From NCBI GenBank assembly GCA_964516425.1, contig CAZFAM010000001.1:60865-124864 (forward strand): a stretch of 64,000 nt of DNA. The letters run 5' to 3'. Position numbers and translations under genes: made by a program. Under the pieces are notes generated by a model. It was not told the DNA's origin and made no database searches. It saw only the letters and a list, made by a program, of their open reading frames with translations. Shown here piece by piece: positions 18,646-28,305 of the stretch. Position 1 is the stretch's first letter; every line of letters begins with the position of its first letter. The DNA comes from an uncultured Bacteroidales bacterium (GTDB lineage Bacteria; Bacillota_I; Bacilli_A; ML615J-28; CAG-698).

Positions 18646-19528
18646 ATGTTTTCTCCTTAATTAATCTTAGGTTAATTAAATAGATGAAGACACTTCTAAT
18701 AGGTACTTCTGAAATCTTAATTAAGTATTTTTGATATTTACGAATATCATCTTTAGATAATTTTTGTCTTATACAAACAGTTAATGTTTTTCCTCGCTCT
18801 TCAATGCCAACAATTTTTACACCGTTGATTAAAGATTTTAATACTTCAGTTTTACCTGTTAAATATCGAAAGCTATCTTTAATTTCATCAATTGTAAATT
18901 GAGCAAATAGTCTACCTCGATCCATAAATAATACTTTATTAACTAAATAATCTATTTCATCAATATAGGAAGTTGAAATAATATAAGTTCGTGGATAACG
19001 TTCATGATTTTTATAAAGAAACTCAAAAAAGTCATAACGATCTTTGGCATCCACAATTTCTAATGGATGATCAAACACAGTAATGTTTGCCATACTTGCA
19101 AGTCCAAGAACTGCTTGAAGTAAAGATTTCTTCTTTGTAGTTAATGAATTGTATCTATTTTTTAAATTAATTTCAAAATGCGATATCAATTCAAAAGCAA
19201 AAGCATTATCCCATTTTGGGAAAACTTCTCCCATTAAAGCAAAAATTTCACTTATTGATAAGTATCCTGGAAATGTAGTAGCATTAGAAATATAACATAA
19301 TCTTTCATTCATTTCTTTATTTTTAAATAAAGGTTCTCCATCTAAATATACTTCTCCCGATGATGCTTTTTCTTTAGCACAAATTAAACTTAACAGTTCA
19401 CTATGATTAACATTACCATTATCGATTATTGCATATATTTGATTGTCTAAAAAATTGTAAGAAAAATTATGAATAACTTCTTTATTCTTATTAATTTTTG
19501 AAATGTTTTCACATACTAATACTGACAT
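18632..19528 (-). CDS. ABC-ATPase-fold protein with degenerate nucleotide-binding motifs (pseudo-ATPase)
   Basis: Overall ABC ATPase architecture and length, but every key motif is degenerate. Walker A reads IIDNGNVNHS (no GxxGxGKS/T), the signature reads LTTKKKS (not LSGGQ), Walker B reads VFDHPLE and the H-loop His is missing. Confidence 0.5.
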   Translation of the reverse strand: MSVLVCENISKINKNKEVIHNFSYNFLDNQIYAIIDNGNVNHSELLSLICAKEKASSGEVYLDGEPLFKNKEMNERLCYISNATTFPGYLSISEIFALMGEVFPKWDNAFAFELISHFEINLKNRYNSLTTKKKSLLQAVLGLASMANITVFDHPLEIVDAKDRYDFFEFLYKNHERYPRTYIISTSYIDEIDYLVNKVLFMDRGRLFAQFTIDEIKDSFRYLTGKTEVLKSLINGVKIVGIEERGKTLTVCIRQKLSKDDIRKYQKYLIKISEVPIRSVFIYLINLRLIKEKTYGID

Positions 19529-19667
19529 ATTTTCCTCATATTTTTCATTTAATTTTATAATAATATTATACTAAATTTTCCTAAAAAAAGCAAGATTAGA
19601 ACTGGCATAAACGTAATTTTAACATATTTTAAGCTCATTTTCATATAAATTAATTGTGGGAGATATG

Positions 19668-19922
19668 ATGCATTACTTAATAAAAGAAAGAATATATGCG
19701 GAAGCAAAAGTGTTTTTAGAAAAGTATTCTACCGTTAGAGAGGTTGCTAAAGTGTTTGATGTTAGTAAATCTACAGTTCATAAAGATCTTAGTGAAAGAT
19801 TAAAAACATTAGATGAAAACTTATATAAAGATGTAAAAAAGTTGTTAGAGTATAATAAGGCAGTAAGACATATACGTGGTGGAGAGTCAACAAGAAAAAA
19901 ATATCAAAAAAATGAGGAGTGA
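19668..19922 (+). CDS. spoIIID: SpoIIID-family sporulation transcriptional regulator
   Basis: Matches the B. subtilis SpoIIID pattern, including the HTH VSKSTVHKDLSERL and the C-terminal RHIRGGESTRKKY. The protein is about 84 aa. RBS gggag. Confidence 0.75.
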   Translation: MHYLIKERIYAEAKVFLEKYSTVREVAKVFDVSKSTVHKDLSERLKTLDENLYKDVKKLLEYNKAVRHIRGGESTRKKYQKNEE

Positions 19923-19956
19923 AATATTTCACTTCTCATTTTTATGTAGGAAATAA

Positions 19957-20583
19957 TTAATTATTAAATATATTAATTATTGCCTCGTTTTTTGTTAAAT
20001 CAATTATTTTTCCTTGCAAATCATTAATAATTTTTTCAGGTACTAAATATTTTAAAGATACCTTAATATCATAATTCTGTTCTATCATTTCATAATTTTT
20101 AAAAAGTTTTAAAATTTCATTGACGTATTGATAATCAATAATTATATGAATCATACTTGTTTTAATAATTTCTATAATTTTTGCACATTTTACAGCTTCA
20201 CTTGTAGATGAACTATAGGCTCTAACTAAACCACCAGCACCTAATTTAATACCGCCAAAAAATCTTGTAACAACGGCTAAAATGTTTGTTAATGCATTTT
20301 TTTGTAAAACATCTAAAATTACAACACCAGCTGTTTGGCTTGGTTCACCATCGTCGGATGCTTTTATACTTTGGGTTCCATCAATATTTGTTATAATATA
20401 ACTATAGCAGTTATGTGTGGCATCATAATATTTTTTTCTAATATTTTTAAGTTCTTTTGCAACATCTTCAATTGAAGAAACTGGTATTAAGGTGCAAATG
20501 AACGTGCTTTTTTTAATGTCTTGCGTAAAGGTAAAAGTTTCATTGATGGTATACATTAAATTTCTCCTAACACAATTATACAT
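19957..20583 (-). CDS. yigZ: IMPACT/YigZ-family protein
   Basis: Contains the UPF0029 core GEPSQTAGVVILDVL...VVTRFFGGIKLGAGGLVRAY. The true start is probably the later Met (MYTINETF). Confidence 0.75.
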   Translation of the reverse strand: MYNCVRRNLMYTINETFTFTQDIKKSTFICTLIPVSSIEDVAKELKNIRKKYYDATHNCYSYIITNIDGTQSIKASDDGEPSQTAGVVILDVLQKNALTNILAVVTRFFGGIKLGAGGLVRAYSSSTSEAVKCAKIIEIIKTSMIHIIIDYQYVNEILKLFKNYEMIEQNYDIKVSLKYLVPEKIINDLQGKIIDLTKNEAIINIFNN

Positions 20584-20694
20584 TAAAAAACAATTATTTC
20601 CAAGAAAAACATAAAAAGTAGTGGCTTTTTTTATGGAATTATGGTATCATATTATTACTGAAATTTATAACAATCTAAAGAAAGGAGCGATAAT

Positions 20695-22209
20695 ATGAGT
20701 GAGTATTTAAATAGTGGTAAGGAATTATTGCGAATGTTAATTAACAATGGTTATGAAGCTTATTTTATTGGCGATGTAGTACGAAACTCAATTTTAGAAA
20801 AAGAAATAACAAGAATTGATATAACAACCATTGCTGGTAACGAAGCTATAAAGTATGTATTTAAAAACTGTGAAATTATAGATGATGATAAAGGCTCAGT
20901 TTGTGTAGTTTATAATAATTATTATTTTTATATTCATACATTTATGGTTTCTGATGGATTAGATAACAATACCTTATTAAATAAGCATTATTCTAAAAAT
21001 TTATTAGATGATTTAGCAAATCGTGATTTTACAATAAATGCGATTGCTATGAGTCATAGCGGAAAATTAACAGATGCTTATAATGGCTTTAATGACATAA
21101 TGAAAAAGCGTATCGTACATATTGGCAACGCAAAAATTCGTTTTAGTAAAGATCCAAGTTTAATGATTAAAGCTTTTGCATTAGTAAGTGATTTAAATTA
21201 CGATATAGTTTCTAAAACAAGAAAGGCGATAGCTAAGCGAAGAAAGAATTTAGATAACGTTCCGATTGGATCATATTATTCATACTTGACTCGTGTTTTT
21301 GAAGGAAAATATGCTAAAAAGGCCATTCAATCAATGGAAAGAACGAATATTGAAAGAACAATACCCTCATTAAAGTGGGTTATTAATCGTCTAGCCAATC
21401 ATTACCGAAAAGTAACAATGGAAGAGGCTTTATTAATGTCCTTTGTTCATTCGGGAACAATTGATGATAGATATCAGCCGTACATTAAAAATTTTACATC
21501 ATTCGTTAACATTTTCACTTTGGCTTGTGCTAATAAAAAAGCTAAATATGATGCAATGACATTGTTTGGTAATGGGCTTGATATAGTGCTTGAAGCTAAT
21601 CGAATTAATTATTTATTAGGCAAAGCACGAAATAAAGAACGAAAAATTAAAAAACAATGGGAAGCATTACCTATAAAACGAGTTTGTGATTTAGCATATA
21701 AAGGACAAGATATTATAAAAATCATTAAACCTGAAGACCAACCAAAAATAAGAGATGTAATAGATGAAGTGATTTTGGCAATACTAAATGGTGAGTTAAT
21801 AAATGATTATGATGATATTGAAAAAGAAGTTTTAAAAATTTTAACGCGTGAAAATATTTATTATAATTTAAATGGCTTTGAACAAGTTATATCTCAAAAT
21901 GAATCATTCGAAAAAGAAGAAATACAAGAGATTAAATCTGATGATTATACAAATTATCGTCTTGATCAATTAGAACAAAAACTTGAACAACAAGCTAAGC
22001 TCTTAGAAGAAAGAAATAATCAATTTAATGATATGCGCTATTTAAGAATGAAAAATGATATTAGTTTATTAGCATCTCAAAGTATTGAATTTATAAATAG
22101 CAGTGAAAATTTACAATATGTGATTAATAATCAAAATCAATTTAAAAAAGATTTAGAAGATTTTGTTTTTAAATATATACAGAATGAGGAAAAAAATGAA
22201 AACAATTAA
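20695..22209 (+). CDS. cca: CCA-adding enzyme / polyA-polymerase-family tRNA nucleotidyltransferase
   Basis: Head-domain motif YFIGDVVRN (GGxVRD-like) and RDFTINA. Length about 500 aa. Confidence 0.65.
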   Translation: MSEYLNSGKELLRMLINNGYEAYFIGDVVRNSILEKEITRIDITTIAGNEAIKYVFKNCEIIDDDKGSVCVVYNNYYFYIHTFMVSDGLDNNTLLNKHYSKNLLDDLANRDFTINAIAMSHSGKLTDAYNGFNDIMKKRIVHIGNAKIRFSKDPSLMIKAFALVSDLNYDIVSKTRKAIAKRRKNLDNVPIGSYYSYLTRVFEGKYAKKAIQSMERTNIERTIPSLKWVINRLANHYRKVTMEEALLMSFVHSGTIDDRYQPYIKNFTSFVNIFTLACANKKAKYDAMTLFGNGLDIVLEANRINYLLGKARNKERKIKKQWEALPIKRVCDLAYKGQDIIKIIKPEDQPKIRDVIDEVILAILNGELINDYDDIEKEVLKILTRENIYYNLNGFEQVISQNESFEKEEIQEIKSDDYTNYRLDQLEQKLEQQAKLLEERNNQFNDMRYLRMKNDISLLASQSIEFINSSENLQYVINNQNQFKKDLEDFVFKYIQNEEKNENN

Positions 22210-23143
22210 AGAATTAATGACATCAAATAATGAAGAAGTTGAATTAACTTTAAGGTTATCAGATGTACAAATTAAAAAAACATCCACAAATGAAGATTAT
22301 GCTAGCATGCTTGGATTTGATGGTGAAGAAAAAATAGAAGCAAAAATTTGGAATTTCACTGATGAAATGCGTAATGCTTTAGTTAGTGGTGAAGTATATA
22401 AAGTTATTGCACGCACAAAACAATATCAAAATAGAACGCAATTGAATATTTTATCAATTGAAAAAGTTATAGATAATGGTAATATTGATTTATCAAAATA
22501 TTATGAACATGCAAAAATTGATGGTAATACTTTAGCAACAAAAATAAATGATTATTTTCAAAAAATAGATAATGTAATATTACAGAATGTTGTTAGTATT
22601 TTATTAAAAAAGCATTTTAATGAATTTTTTGAATATCCAGCAGCTGTTACAATGCATCATAATTATTATTATGGATTAGCATATCATACATATAGTATGT
22701 TAAAACTAAGTGATGTATATTTAGAACAGTACCCATTTATTAATAAAGATTTGGTTTATGCGGGTGTTATATTACATGATATAGGTAAAATAACAGAATT
22801 AAGTGGTCCTAAGGGAACTGAATATACAAAGATGGGACGTTTATTAGGACATATATCATTAGGTGCTAATGAAATATATGAAGTTGCCAAAGAATTGAAT
22901 GTGGAAGAAAGTGAAGAAATTATAAATTTATTACACATCATTTTATCACATCATGGACAGTTAGAGTATGGTTCTCCAAAAGAGCCGATGACTCCAGAAG
23001 CATTATTAATTCATTTATTAGATTATTCTGATTCAAGGTTAGCGTCTTTAGAACCTGAAGTTTCAAAGATAAAACCTGGTGAATATACTGGTTCTATATC
23101 ATCGTTTGATAGAAAATCTTTTTATAAACCTAACTTAAATTAA
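22196..23143 (+). CDS. yhaM: 3'-5' exoribonuclease YhaM (OB-fold plus HD domain)
   Basis: HD-domain motifs HHNYYYGLAYH, ILHDIGK and HIILSHHG with an N-terminal OB fold. ATG at 22196 with RBS gaggaaaaaa. Confidence 0.8.
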   Translation: MKTIKELMTSNNEEVELTLRLSDVQIKKTSTNEDYASMLGFDGEEKIEAKIWNFTDEMRNALVSGEVYKVIARTKQYQNRTQLNILSIEKVIDNGNIDLSKYYEHAKIDGNTLATKINDYFQKIDNVILQNVVSILLKKHFNEFFEYPAAVTMHHNYYYGLAYHTYSMLKLSDVYLEQYPFINKDLVYAGVILHDIGKITELSGPKGTEYTKMGRLLGHISLGANEIYEVAKELNVEESEEIINLLHIILSHHGQLEYGSPKEPMTPEALLIHLLDYSDSRLASLEPEVSKIKPGEYTGSISSFDRKSFYKPNLN

Positions 23144-23277
23144 ACTGAAAAAAGTTTTTTTAAAAATTGAAAACAATAAAAAAATTAAATTTGTATTGTA
23201 AATTTAATAAAAAAGTGGTAAAATATTACTGTTAGTGTGACAATTACGTATTTAAGAAAATAAGGAGTGAAAATTTT

Positions 23278-26200
23278 ATGAATAAAAAAACAATTTTTAA
23301 TCGCATGCTGCCTTTAATTATTGCCTTAGCAGTTATTATCGTTGTAGCACTTGGTGTCACAATTTTTTCTGCTGATAAATCTAATCCTAGTATTTCAGAT
23401 GCAGAGCAATCTTATTTGAATGTGAATTTGGGTAAGAGCGAATTTGGATATGAACAAAAGGTAGATGTTAGTAAAGAAGAAGTTTACAACTCATTAAAAA
23501 CAAATAGTGGGTTAGCTTCTATTGTTAATAAACTTGACAAAGAAGCTTTAGCAAACACTAAAAATTCTGATGGTAAATCATATTATGCTGCTGCTAATGA
23601 TGATGTTGACGCTGTAAACAAAGCTGTTGAAGAAGCAATTTTCTCAAATGGATATGATGAAGAAGATTATCAAACTGATGAAGATTTAGCAACTGCTGGT
23701 GATAGCGTTAAAAGCTATAAGAAAACAATGAAATTGAATTATGGAATTGAAATTAGTGATAGTGCTGTAGATTATAAAGATGGAAAATTAATAATCGATG
23801 CTACAAAATGTCAAGCTTTATATGACTATTATGTATTAACATTAGCTAAAAAAGCTTATACAAGAGATGTATTAGGTAATGAACAAGTAGAAGCATTCGA
23901 AAAATATATTAAAGCTTATGCAGAATATTTAACTGAGTTACATAAATATAATAATGATGAAATTGATGATTCACCTTCTGAACCAACAAGTGAAGCAATC
24001 ATTGCATCTTCAAGTGTAGAATCAAATTATACAACAAATAACAATGATAGTTATTGGGTATTATTTACAAAATATTCTACTAAAGAACTTGCTGAAACAG
24101 CTTTATTACAAGTTGGTGTAAAAATCGTTTCAGTTACTGAAGATTCAAAAACAAGTAATGTATGGTTTGAATATCAAGGAATTGACCCTGAAACTGGTGA
24201 ACAATATGCGGATGAATATTATAAAGATTCTACAAATGAAGTTCATAGATTAGATCGTAATGAAGTGTTATTAAAGATGGTTGAGTTATATAATAATTCA
24301 GTTAAACAAGATGCTACTAAAACTCTTAAAGAAGGTGTTCATTACTCAGTTAAAACAATTACAAAAGCTGAATATGATGAATTATCTACTAATGAAAAGA
24401 ATTGGTATGTAGCTAATAGTGCTGAAGAAGACGCAACATATACTGCAGTAATTTTCGAAACTGAAGTTAAATTGGATGCAGATGGTGAAGTTGATAAAGA
24501 AAATACTTTAAATACTTTATATTATGAAAAAGCTGATTTATCAAATATTGATTCAAGTATTTTAACTTGGGTTAAGAGCTTAAATGGTGCTTATACTGAT
24601 GGTTCTACATGGGAAAAATCTTATACAACTGCTATTAAAAATAGCGGAAGTTATTATGTAATTGGTGCTAAATTATCAACTATTGAAGTTGATGATGTAG
24701 AAGATGTAATTGGTGTATTATATGATAAAGATGCATTCAAAGAAGATGGTACAATTGCTAAATTCGCATATGGAATTGCAACTATAGATGCTGAAGGTAA
24801 TGTAACATTTAATTATGAAAATAATAAATATTGGGATAAAGTAGTTGAATTATTAGATGGACAAGTAACAAGTACTAACATTGATAAGAAAATGGCTGCT
24901 TTAAGAAATGACCTAGGATTAACAATCTATGATGAAGAATTAGAAACAAGTTATATGGAAACATATACTTCTGACTATAAAGCAACTAAGAAATCAAACA
25001 AAACTGTTGTTGCAAAATTAAGTTGGAAAGATGAAGATAATAATAAGAAAGAATTCGAAATCACAGCAGATGAATTATATGCTGAATTAGAAAAAGTTTC
25101 TGGTGCGATGACTGCTATTGAAATTTATAGATATGAATATATGTTATATAGTAGTGATATGATTGATTATGGTAAATATGTAAATGGAAGTAGCTTAGAT
25201 AAATGTGTAATCATTACTGAATACGCATTAGCTAAAAAAGGAACTCAAGATCCAGTTACAGATTGGAAGAAAGTTTCAAGTGATGCAGTTGTTTCATTTG
25301 ATAAAATGGATGGAACAGTTGAATATGATGTTTTAGTTCGTACAAGAACTGATAAAAAAGATGCTAAGGTTACTGTATCTGATTTAGTTGCTAAAGCTAA
25401 AGATAATGAAAGCACTAAAACAACAATCGAAGTTACAGTTTCAAATGATGAAGATTTTGAAGATAATGAAACTAAATTTGCTGCATTACCAGAACAAATC
25501 AGTGCATTAAAGATTTACTTCACAAATGGTAATTTTGAAAGTTATGGATATGCAGCTGACTATGGTTGGAAAAACTTCATTAGAGATTATTTCAAACAAT
25601 ATTATGGAATTAATGTTGAAACAAATGATGATTTAAAATTATATTATATTTATGAAGACGCTACAGATAAATTGTCTGAAAGCATTGCTGAATTAACAGA
25701 TGAAGATTGGAACAATATTTATTTACCATACATGCAACAAATGTATGATCAATATTTCTCTGTAGATGCATTCCATTTCTTAATCTCAATTGATGATGAA
25801 GAAGGAAATAAAGTTGATTTACGTGATGCTTCTAATATGACTGCTGAACAAAAAGCTGCTATCGAAACATTATATAAACAAGTTGTTCAAATTTTAAATA
25901 AAGTAAAACCTAGTGAACAATCTACAATTTTAGATGAAATTGCAACAGCATTTGATGAGGCTCCAAGCTTTATTGATGGAAAAGGAACTACAACAGAAGA
26001 ACAACAAAATTATGTTGATAGTGCAACTTTAAATGGAAATAAATTATATTATAGTACTAAATTTGATTCTAGTTTAATTAACTATACAAAAGTTATTAGA
26101 GGTGTTTCAATTAAAGTTTCTGAATATAAAAACTTGGGTATATCTGTTAAGAAAGAAGATTTAGGAACTGTAACTCAAGGACAAATGGTTGAAGAATTTG

Positions 26201-26901
26201 AAAATGCATTAAAACAAATGTGGTTAGATAAAGAATCAAAAGAAGACGGAATGTTAAAAGGCGAATCTGTTGAAGAAAATGTATTATATGATACATACTT
26301 AGACAATAACAATGGTGAATTCTTAGTAACTGAATATGGATACCATGTATTAGTTGCTACTAAATTTACTGCTCGTTCTGTAAGTGAAAAGAAAGTAATT
26401 AAATTACCTACTCTAGAAGAAGTTAGACAATACGAATCTAATGATGAAGCATCTGAAGATTTAACTGATTTCCAAGAAGCTCAAATTAAAGCTTACTATA
26501 CAACAATTAAAGAAGCTGACTTTGAAAGCTCATATAAATATCAAATGGAAATTATGAGACAAGTATTATCTGATATGAATGCAGGTAAATTCACTTGGAA
26601 TGAAGCTACAACTTCTAATTTAGTTGAATTAATTGAATATTTAATTGAACAATATTATAGTGGTTTAACTTATGTTAAAAATGAATACACTACAGCTATG
26701 AATTATATGGAAATTGCATTAAATGCTAAATCATCATTTGATGCAGGATATGATAATATTACAGAAGCTAATTTAGCAATTATTATTAATGCTGCTAAGG
26801 CTGCTATTGCAAATGTAAATGTTAATAGTGGTGAATATAATTCAGTTCAAGTTAAAGAATTTAATGAATTAAAAGCTAAATTTGATGCTAAAATTGCATA
26901 A
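23278..26901 (+). CDS. giant (1207 aa) membrane-anchored extracytoplasmic protein with PrsA/parvulin-like foldase features
   Basis: N-terminal signal-anchor TM followed by a SurA_N/PrsA-like chaperone start. Near the C-terminus, QMVEEFENA...EFLVTEYGYHVLV matches the parvulin PPIase signature (MVxxFexA...fGyHiI). Confidence 0.5.
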   Translation: MNKKTIFNRMLPLIIALAVIIVVALGVTIFSADKSNPSISDAEQSYLNVNLGKSEFGYEQKVDVSKEEVYNSLKTNSGLASIVNKLDKEALANTKNSDGKSYYAAANDDVDAVNKAVEEAIFSNGYDEEDYQTDEDLATAGDSVKSYKKTMKLNYGIEISDSAVDYKDGKLIIDATKCQALYDYYVLTLAKKAYTRDVLGNEQVEAFEKYIKAYAEYLTELHKYNNDEIDDSPSEPTSEAIIASSSVESNYTTNNNDSYWVLFTKYSTKELAETALLQVGVKIVSVTEDSKTSNVWFEYQGIDPETGEQYADEYYKDSTNEVHRLDRNEVLLKMVELYNNSVKQDATKTLKEGVHYSVKTITKAEYDELSTNEKNWYVANSAEEDATYTAVIFETEVKLDADGEVDKENTLNTLYYEKADLSNIDSSILTWVKSLNGAYTDGSTWEKSYTTAIKNSGSYYVIGAKLSTIEVDDVEDVIGVLYDKDAFKEDGTIAKFAYGIATIDAEGNVTFNYENNKYWDKVVELLDGQVTSTNIDKKMAALRNDLGLTIYDEELETSYMETYTSDYKATKKSNKTVVAKLSWKDEDNNKKEFEITADELYAELEKVSGAMTAIEIYRYEYMLYSSDMIDYGKYVNGSSLDKCVIITEYALAKKGTQDPVTDWKKVSSDAVVSFDKMDGTVEYDVLVRTRTDKKDAKVTVSDLVAKAKDNESTKTTIEVTVSNDEDFEDNETKFAALPEQISALKIYFTNGNFESYGYAADYGWKNFIRDYFKQYYGINVETNDDLKLYYIYEDATDKLSESIAELTDEDWNNIYLPYMQQMYDQYFSVDAFHFLISIDDEEGNKVDLRDASNMTAEQKAAIETLYKQVVQILNKVKPSEQSTILDEIATAFDEAPSFIDGKGTTTEEQQNYVDSATLNGNKLYYSTKFDSSLINYTKVIRGVSIKVSEYKNLGISVKKEDLGTVTQGQMVEEFENALKQMWLDKESKEDGMLKGESVEENVLYDTYLDNNNGEFLVTEYGYHVLVATKFTARSVSEKKVIKLPTLEEVRQYESNDEASEDLTDFQEAQIKAYYTTIKEADFESSYKYQMEIMRQVLSDMNAGKFTWNEATTSNLVELIEYLIEQYYSGLTYVKNEYTTAMNYMEIALNAKSSFDAGYDNITEANLAIIINAAKAAIANVNVNSGEYNSVQVKEFNELKAKFDAKIA

Positions 26902-26914
26902 TTATAGCGAATTA

Positions 26915-26940
26915 AAGGACTCTTTGGAGTCCTTTTTGTT
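26915..26940 (+). terminator. rho-independent terminator
   Basis: Stems aggactc and gagtcct flank the loop tttg and are followed by tttttgtt. Confidence 0.65.
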
Positions 26941-27049
26941 TGCTATAAAGTGATTTGCATTTAAAATATTTTCCTATTGTTATTGCAAAGTATTTATATC
27001 TTGAAATTTTATCATTAAAATTGTATAATATATTAATATAGGTGATGAA

Positions 27050-27820
27050 ATGAGATATCAAGTATTATCAAGTGGGTCAAAAGGAAATTTGACTTTTATA
27101 CAGACTAAAGAAACAAATATATTATTAGATGCAGGCATAAGTCCAAAAGAAATTAAAAATAGAAGTGATATCAATTTACAAAATATTGATGCTATTTTTA
27201 TAACCCATGAACATAGTGACCATGTTAAATATTTAGAACAATTGGTAAAACTTACATCGGCTACTATTTACATTAGTGAGTTATCTTTTAAACAATTATA
27301 TCCTAAATATATTAAATCAATTGAAGGCTTGAAAGTAAAATTTTTACAGCCCAATACACAAATTAAACTTAAAGATGTTAATGTTTTTACTTTGAATTTG
27401 CAACATGATTCTGCATGTTGTTATGGATATATTTTTGTTTCTGAAAAAAAGAGTTTAGCATATTGTACTGATACTGGATTTATTCCTTTGCCATACATTG
27501 AATTATTAAAAAAAGTAGATAGTTTAATAATTGAAGCTAATCATGATGTTGCAATGCTACAAAATAGTAGTAGGCCATGGTATTTAAAGAATAGAATATT
27601 ATCAATAAATGGTCATATGTCTAATAAAATATGTGGTGAAATACTAAATAAAATAATAAATGCAAGAAAAGTAAAAAATGTTGTATTGGCTCATTTGAGT
27701 GAAGAGTGTAATACGGAAGAATTAGCGATTGATACTGTATTAGAAAATATTCAATGCGATTATATGCCTAATTTCTATATTGCTAAACAAAAAGAATCTT
27801 TAATGGTTATTGAGGTATAA
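27050..27820 (+). CDS. yycJ: MBL-fold metallo-hydrolase (YycJ/WalJ-like)
   Basis: Contains the HxHxDH motif FITHEHSDH. Length about 256 aa. As in Bacillus, rlmH follows. Confidence 0.8.
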   Translation: MRYQVLSSGSKGNLTFIQTKETNILLDAGISPKEIKNRSDINLQNIDAIFITHEHSDHVKYLEQLVKLTSATIYISELSFKQLYPKYIKSIEGLKVKFLQPNTQIKLKDVNVFTLNLQHDSACCYGYIFVSEKKSLAYCTDTGFIPLPYIELLKKVDSLIIEANHDVAMLQNSSRPWYLKNRILSINGHMSNKICGEILNKIINARKVKNVVLAHLSEECNTEELAIDTVLENIQCDYMPNFYIAKQKESLMVIEV

Positions 27821-27821
27821 T

Positions 27822-28295
27822 GTGGGAAAAATATTAAATATTAAAATAGTATGTGTTGGAAAAATTAAGGAACAATACTTTACTGATGCTATAAAAGAAT
27901 ATAAAAAAAGATTAAATGTTTTTTGTAATATTGAAGAGTATGAAGTTAAAGAAATTAATACTGATGATACTAAAAAAAATATTGAGCTTGAAGGAGAAAA
28001 TATTTTAAATGTAATAAAAAGTAATGATTATGTAATTGCATTGGCAATTCAAGGAACATTACTTGATAGTGTACAATTATCAAAAATGATTGAAGAACAT
28101 TATATATATAATACATCGACAATAACTTTAGTTATTGGTGGATCTAATGGATTGAGTGATGCTGTTTTAAAAAGAAGTAATTATAAGTTATCTTTTGGAA
28201 AAGTTACTTATCCACATCAATTAATGAGAGTTATATTATATGAACAAATATATCGTTCAATGATGATTATGAATAATAATAAATATCATAAATGA
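27822..28295 (+). CDS. rlmH: 23S rRNA (pseudouridine1915-N3)-methyltransferase RlmH (SPOUT)
   Basis: [25 protein letters not shown] matches the RlmH N-terminus. The likely start is GTG 27822 after RBS gaggt. Confidence 0.8.
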   Translation: MGKILNIKIVCVGKIKEQYFTDAIKEYKKRLNVFCNIEEYEVKEINTDDTKKNIELEGENILNVIKSNDYVIALAIQGTLLDSVQLSKMIEEHYIYNTSTITLVIGGSNGLSDAVLKRSNYKLSFGKVTYPHQLMRVILYEQIYRSMMIMNNNKYHK

Positions 28296-28305
28296 AAGGA
28301 AACAT

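Noticed and set aside
22756-22941. 61-aa minus-strand ORF inside yhaM
   Set aside because: Shadow ORF.
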